A stretch of DNA of 64,000 nucleotides from an uncultured Kordiimonas sp. (GTDB lineage Bacteria > Pseudomonadota > Alphaproteobacteria > Sphingomonadales > Kordiimonadaceae). Under the pieces are notes generated by a model. The model was not told the DNA's origin and did no database searches. It was given only the letters and a program-made list of their open reading frames with translations. This document shows positions 59,663 through 64,000 of this stretch, piece after piece; positions within the stretch are counted from its first letter, which is position 1; each line of letters begins with the position of its first letter. The DNA lies in the NCBI GenBank assembly GCA_947492375.1, contig CANLMI010000002.1, positions 185,529-249,528 on the forward strand, in the 5' to 3' direction. A program made the translations under genes and the position numbers.

Positions 59663-60859
59663 CTAATTCTCGTTAGTAGTTAATAGAACAGGGGTTACTT
59701 TCAACCCTGCCCGCTCCTCGGACAAGGCCGTTAAAAGAACGCGTTTGTCAGATAAGTCATTTTTAGAGCTAATCATGGCAGAACCGTTAACTTCAGATAG
59801 AACAACAATTTTTTCTTGCTCTAGTTGTCCTTGATCATTCACAAGCCAAATATACTCGTTACGTCGCAGTGCGCCATAAGGTACCTGCCAAACATTATCA
59901 TCACCTGCACTCACCGGTATTTCTAACGTCATAAAATCATCGGAAAACACTCTACCTGTGTTTTCTGTGGAAAATGCATCAGGAAACACAGCGACAATAA
60001 GTGCTGAACGAGATGTACTATCTATTGCGGGAGAGAAATTATCTATTCTACCTGTAAGCGGCTTAGTGCCAACCGATCCTTCGTTTGGTTTCGCTGTAAC
60101 TTTAATTTCATGCTGGTTTCGCGTCATAGCCGTTGCAATTGCTGCGGCTTCCCTCGGTGACGCACCGGCCACCAGTTCAGCTGCACGAACATCCATCAAT
60201 TGCGCTAATTCCTGCCCCGGTGACACATAACCGCCAAGGCTAGCCCCCTCAGCAAGTACCAAGGCCGGGAATGGTGCCCTGATAGTTGCCCTCGACAAAT
60301 TCTCACGGGCAACGATTAATTGAGCCTCAGCCTGTTGTAAAGACGCTTTAGCACTTGCCAAATTTGCTATAGCCTGATCACGAACTACCTCAGTCACAGC
60401 CCCCGCGTCAAATAGCTCAATACGGCGTTTTGTATCCGCCTTAGATTGGACTAAAATAGCCTTTGAGCTTGCTAAAACAGCTTCAGCTCTTGCAACCTCG
60501 GCACTGTAATCGCTTTTGTTGATTTCAATGAGAATTTCATCTTTTACAAAACGGCCACCGAGTACAAGTCGAGGATCAACAAATACAATTCTTCCGGCAA
60601 CTTCACCTACAAGACTGATGCCGTTTCGCGCTCTAAGCCGCCCTGGTATTTCAAGCGTATATTCCGAAGCACCCTTAACAACCCGGGTCACTTCTACAAC
60701 AGGTAAACTGCTAGTGCTTACACTTTCGCCAGCACCATCAACACTGTTAACACCACCAGCCCCAATCATGGCCAACAAGCCGAAACCCGTCACAACAAAA
60801 CCAGCAATGACCCACTTAAAAGAGTATCGTTGTTTAGGCTCCATCATACGTGCTTTCAT
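59663..60859 (-). CDS. RND efflux periplasmic adaptor (membrane fusion protein)
   Basis: N-terminal anchor, coiled-coil hairpin (AEVARAEAVLASSKA...LQQAEAQLIVARENL) and beta-barrel domains. It lies directly upstream of the RND permease. Confidence 0.8.
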   Translation of the reverse strand: MKARMMEPKQRYSFKWVIAGFVVTGFGLLAMIGAGGVNSVDGAGESVSTSSLPVVEVTRVVKGASEYTLEIPGRLRARNGISLVGEVAGRIVFVDPRLVLGGRFVKDEILIEINKSDYSAEVARAEAVLASSKAILVQSKADTKRRIELFDAGAVTEVVRDQAIANLASAKASLQQAEAQLIVARENLSRATIRAPFPALVLAEGASLGGYVSPGQELAQLMDVRAAELVAGASPREAAAIATAMTRNQHEIKVTAKPNEGSVGTKPLTGRIDNFSPAIDSTSRSALIVAVFPDAFSTENTGRVFSDDFMTLEIPVSAGDDNVWQVPYGALRRNEYIWLVNDQGQLEQEKIVVLSEVNGSAMISSKNDLSDKRVLLTALSEERAGLKVTPVLLTTNEN

Positions 60860-60948
60860 TATTTATTATCTATCCAGAACCTCATCTAAACCTAAGCGGT
60901 TATATATTCAAGACCGAACAGTCTAAAAAATCATATTTAGCGGTAAAT

Positions 60949-62457
60949 CTATTTCCAGATTTTCTCGCCAGACCCCGGGATACCTAATTCTTCCCAGATT
61001 TCGTCAATTTTGTTGACGACATTATCCTGCATCCGGATTTCTTCACCCCATTCACGATTGGTCTCACCTTCCATTTTATTAGTGGCATCCATACCAAGCT
61101 TACCGCCAAGGCCAGAAACCGGGCTTGCAAAGTCAAGATAATCAATCGGCGTATTTTCAACCGTCATGATATCGCGCACAGGATCCATACGGGTCGAAAT
61201 CGCCCACATAACATCTTTCCAGTCACGTGCGTCGATATCATCATCAACCACAATCACAAACTTTGTGTATATAAATTGCCGTAGAAACGACCAAACCGCC
61301 ATCATGACGCGTCGGGCATGTCCGGCATACGCCTTTTTCATCGACACAACAGCAATTCGGTAACTACAGCCCTCAGGTGGCAACCAAAAATCTACAATTT
61401 CAGGGAATTGCTGCTGCAACAATGGAATAAAGACTTCATTCAGCGCCTCACCAAGTACAGAAGGTTCGTCAGGTGGCCGTCCCGTGTAGGTTGATAGGTA
61501 AATCGGTTCCTTACGCATTGTAATTGCGGTGATATTAAACACTGGGAACTGCTCAACAGAATTATAATATCCCGTATGGTCGCCGTAAGGCCCTTCATCA
61601 GCATATTCATCCAGACTGACATAACCCTCAAGTACAATTTCAGCAGTTGCCGGCACTTGAAGCGGTACTGTTTTACAATCAACCAGCGGCACTTTTTTAC
61701 CGCGCAACAATCCTGCAAACTGATATTCTGAAAGAGTATCAGGAACTGGCGTTACAGCAGCTAATATAGTACCGGGGTCGGCACCTATAACCGCCGCCGC
61801 AGGTACCGGTTCACGCTTCTTATCTTTCCAGCGTTTATATTGCTGCGCACCGCCGCGGTGCTTTAACCACCGCATCAGTGTTTTATTTTTTGAAAGGCGC
61901 TGCATCCTGTAAATACCAAGATTATAAGCGTCTTCACGGTCATCACCCGGCCCCTTTGTCACAATAAGCGGCCAAGTAATTAGAGGGGCAGGCTCGCCCG
62001 GCCAACATGTCTGAATGGGCAAATTGAAAAGGTCAATATCATCGCCCTCAAGAACAATTTCCTGAACCGGCGCTTTTTTAACCTTTTTGGGCTTCATTGC
62101 CATAACTTGCTTTGCTAATGGCAATAGCTCGATTGCGTCCTTAATGCCGCGCGGTGGTTCAGGTTGGCGAAGGAAAGCAAGTGTTTCACCAACTTCCCGT
62201 AACTCTGAAGGCTCTCTGTTCATGCCCCATGCAACGCGCTCTACGGTACCGAACAGATTGACAAGCACTGGCATATCAGACTTTTCACCGCGCTCGTTAA
62301 TGACATTCTCAAACAATATTGCAGGGCCACCTTCAGCCATTACACGTGTTTGTATCTCGGTCATCTCAAGCTCGGTAGAAACCGGCGTTGTTACCCGCAC
62401 CAAGCGCCCTTCGCGCTCCAGTAATTCGATAAAATCTCTAAGTGAATCATAAGCCAT
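60949..62457 (-). CDS. ubiD: 4-hydroxy-3-polyprenylbenzoate decarboxylase UbiD
   Basis: [18 protein letters not shown]-terminus, 502 aa, with UbiD family motifs throughout. Confidence 0.95.
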   Translation of the reverse strand: MAYDSLRDFIELLEREGRLVRVTTPVSTELEMTEIQTRVMAEGGPAILFENVINERGEKSDMPVLVNLFGTVERVAWGMNREPSELREVGETLAFLRQPEPPRGIKDAIELLPLAKQVMAMKPKKVKKAPVQEIVLEGDDIDLFNLPIQTCWPGEPAPLITWPLIVTKGPGDDREDAYNLGIYRMQRLSKNKTLMRWLKHRGGAQQYKRWKDKKREPVPAAAVIGADPGTILAAVTPVPDTLSEYQFAGLLRGKKVPLVDCKTVPLQVPATAEIVLEGYVSLDEYADEGPYGDHTGYYNSVEQFPVFNITAITMRKEPIYLSTYTGRPPDEPSVLGEALNEVFIPLLQQQFPEIVDFWLPPEGCSYRIAVVSMKKAYAGHARRVMMAVWSFLRQFIYTKFVIVVDDDIDARDWKDVMWAISTRMDPVRDIMTVENTPIDYLDFASPVSGLGGKLGMDATNKMEGETNREWGEEIRMQDNVVNKIDEIWEELGIPGSGEKIWK

Positions 62458-62531
62458 AGCGCTTATATACCGAAATGCTTACGAAAGAGCTATGGATAAA
62501 AGCGCGCAGGGGTAAAAGCATTGCAATAACT

Positions 62532-62568
62532 GTAAAATACGAAAAGCCACCCCTCGGAGTAGCTTTTC
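62532..62568 (-). terminator. Rho-independent terminator downstream of ompW
   Basis: Stem GAAAAGC.AC/GT.GCTTTTC with one mismatch. On the minus strand it is followed by GTATTTTAC. Confidence 0.6.
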
Positions 62569-62589
62569 AATCGAGTTTTATAATAGTCT

Positions 62590-63216
62590 TTAGAACTTTA
62601 AGCCAAAGCCAGCACCAAAGATCCACGGATCGATAGAAACATCAGCCTTGATAGTTTCGCCGTTTAATGAAACGTCTGTATCCAACCATAGCCGTTTAAC
62701 ATCAACATTAAACACCCATTTTTCACTTAACTTAACGTCAAAGCCAGCTTGAAGGGCAAAACCAAAGCTATTTTCGTAACTAATATTATTGACAACCGTG
62801 TCAGGCTCATCAGAATTAAAGAATATTGTATAGTTAACCCCTGCACCAACATATGGGCTGAACTTTTCACCAGCCAATGGATGATATTGAGCTGTCAACG
62901 TTGGCGGCAACAAATTAACAGAACCAAGTGGCACATCCCCCGCTGCTGTTCCTTCTGCTACAGGGCTATGGCGAGTTGTGGCCAAAACCAGCTCTAAGGC
63001 AACTTTATCAGTGAGAAAATAGGATATATCCAACTCTGGTACAAAATTATTATTGATATCAGCACTACCACCAATGGGCTCAATTGTTGCTGATGCATCT
63101 GGCACTACATAAATGCCCCGAAGACGAACAAGCCAATCCCCAGCATCTGCAAAAACAGAGCTGCTTAATCCAAGACATGTTAGTAAGGCGAGTGTTGGTT
63201 TTTTTAGTGATTTCAT
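62590..63216 (-). CDS. ompW: Outer membrane protein OmpW
   Basis: Signal peptide, the WLVRLRGIYVVPD motif and a C-terminal GAGFGLKF. Confidence 0.85.
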   Translation of the reverse strand: MKSLKKPTLALLTCLGLSSSVFADAGDWLVRLRGIYVVPDASATIEPIGGSADINNNFVPELDISYFLTDKVALELVLATTRHSPVAEGTAAGDVPLGSVNLLPPTLTAQYHPLAGEKFSPYVGAGVNYTIFFNSDEPDTVVNNISYENSFGFALQAGFDVKLSEKWVFNVDVKRLWLDTDVSLNGETIKADVSIDPWIFGAGFGLKF

Positions 63217-63339
63217 TTTTGCCTCCTGTGTTAGGCCCGTTTAATTACCAGACCCTTTCAATCACAAGAGGCAGAATTTTTTTTTGATTTTTATCAAATG
63301 GTTACCGCGACATTCAGCCACACTGTTGCCAATTTAATT

Positions 63340-64000
63340 TTAGTTCTGCAAGGCAGCAAACAGCTTTCTAATACGTGCTGCATTAACACCAATATCGCTT
63401 CCCGCAAACCTAGACACAGAACGGGCATCTATAATACTACCGCCGCCTTCTCTTGGACGCACACGCAGCACCAAGTCATCCTTGAAGCTAAACCACTTAG
63501 TTGTTTCAGTTACTTCCAATCGACCATTGGCTAAATCCATCGTCGCAACGTGCCAGCCAAAATCAACGCTTGCCTTTTCCGCTTTAACGATGACATCCTC
63601 AACTGACATATCAAGCTCAAGGGGCTTTAAATTCGTATATCCCGCTTTATGCTGAATTTCCCAATCATCATTATTGGGATTTTGCGGATTTAACACAGCA
63701 AACTGCGGGATATCGGTTAAATCAGTCGTTACGTCATGAATGGGCGGCGCTATTTGCGCTGTTACGAACTGATCATAAACATTATATGCAAATCCGAGAC
63801 AAGCAGTGAATAATATAACAGAGATAAATCCACGTGCCAATCTGCCTTCACTGTGCGCCCGCTTTAGTGCCATAATCCATAATGTAACAATTGCGACCAC
63901 TGCAATTCCACCAGCAGCTATTGCTGATACACCAAGAATTTGAAAGGCCGTTCTAACATCCCACCATTCGTTTGCATACCCTGTACCAGAAAGCGCTGCC
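63340..64000 (-). CDS. DUF1499-family protein, 5' end probably beyond the right edge
   Basis: C-terminal DUF1499 pattern FKDDLVLRV...IDARSVSRFAGSDIGVNAARI. The reading frame stays open upstream of the GTG at 63900 to the window edge and encodes further TM-like sequence. Confidence 0.65.
   Translation of the reverse strand, partial: AALSGTGYANEWWDVRTAFQILGVSAIAAGGIAVVAIVTLWIMALKRAHSEGRLARGFISVILFTACLGFAYNVYDQFVTAQIAPPIHDVTTDLTDIPQFAVLNPQNPNNDDWEIQHKAGYTNLKPLELDMSVEDVIVKAEKASVDFGWHVATMDLANGRLEVTETTKWFSFKDDLVLRVRPREGGGSIIDARSVSRFAGSDIGVNAARIRKLFAALQN

Overview
This window looks like core chromosome from a flagellated alphaproteobacterium, and it is AT-leaning by eye. The lineage call rests on three hallmarks: a Caulobacter-type FlbD, CtrA and ChpT.

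Layout:
- ~0-15 kb: flagellar class-II export and regulation genes (fliN, motA, flbD, flhA, flhF, flhG, a giant FliK-like protein, fliJ, fliI). An EamA transporter and a class-III aminotransferase interrupt this locus.
- 15-22.7 kb: ctrA, convergent with a chpT-cheA-cheW-cheY-cheB-cheR array.
- 22.9-31.4 kb: cysQ and nnrU, then a long co-oriented yebC-ruvCAB-ybgC-tolQRAB array.
- 31.6-64 kb: mixed housekeeping and accessory genes. These are small secreted proteins, an ABC-F ATPase, a YdbS/YdbT-like pair, malic enzyme, an IorAB-like molybdoenzyme, a penicillin-acylase-family enzyme, an AHL-lactonase-like MBL hydrolase, a MerT/MerP-like envelope cluster, yaaA, a trans-sulfuration-family PLP enzyme, an orphan histidine kinase, gloA, an RND efflux pair, ubiD and ompW.

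I recognised no transposase, integrase, CRISPR array, tRNA, rRNA or classical defence gene, and no clearly novel multi-gene system.

The best candidates for follow-up are:
1. A truncated-globin-like domain lacking the haem ligands, inserted in CheA where P2 normally sits.
2. A four-gene envelope-spanning thiophilic-metal module with no regulator or reductase.
3. A 1201-aa low-complexity FliK-like protein with internal repeats.
4. Two adjacent secreted enzymes from quorum-quenching families.

All homology calls come from reading the supplied translations against remembered family motifs. No database search was run.
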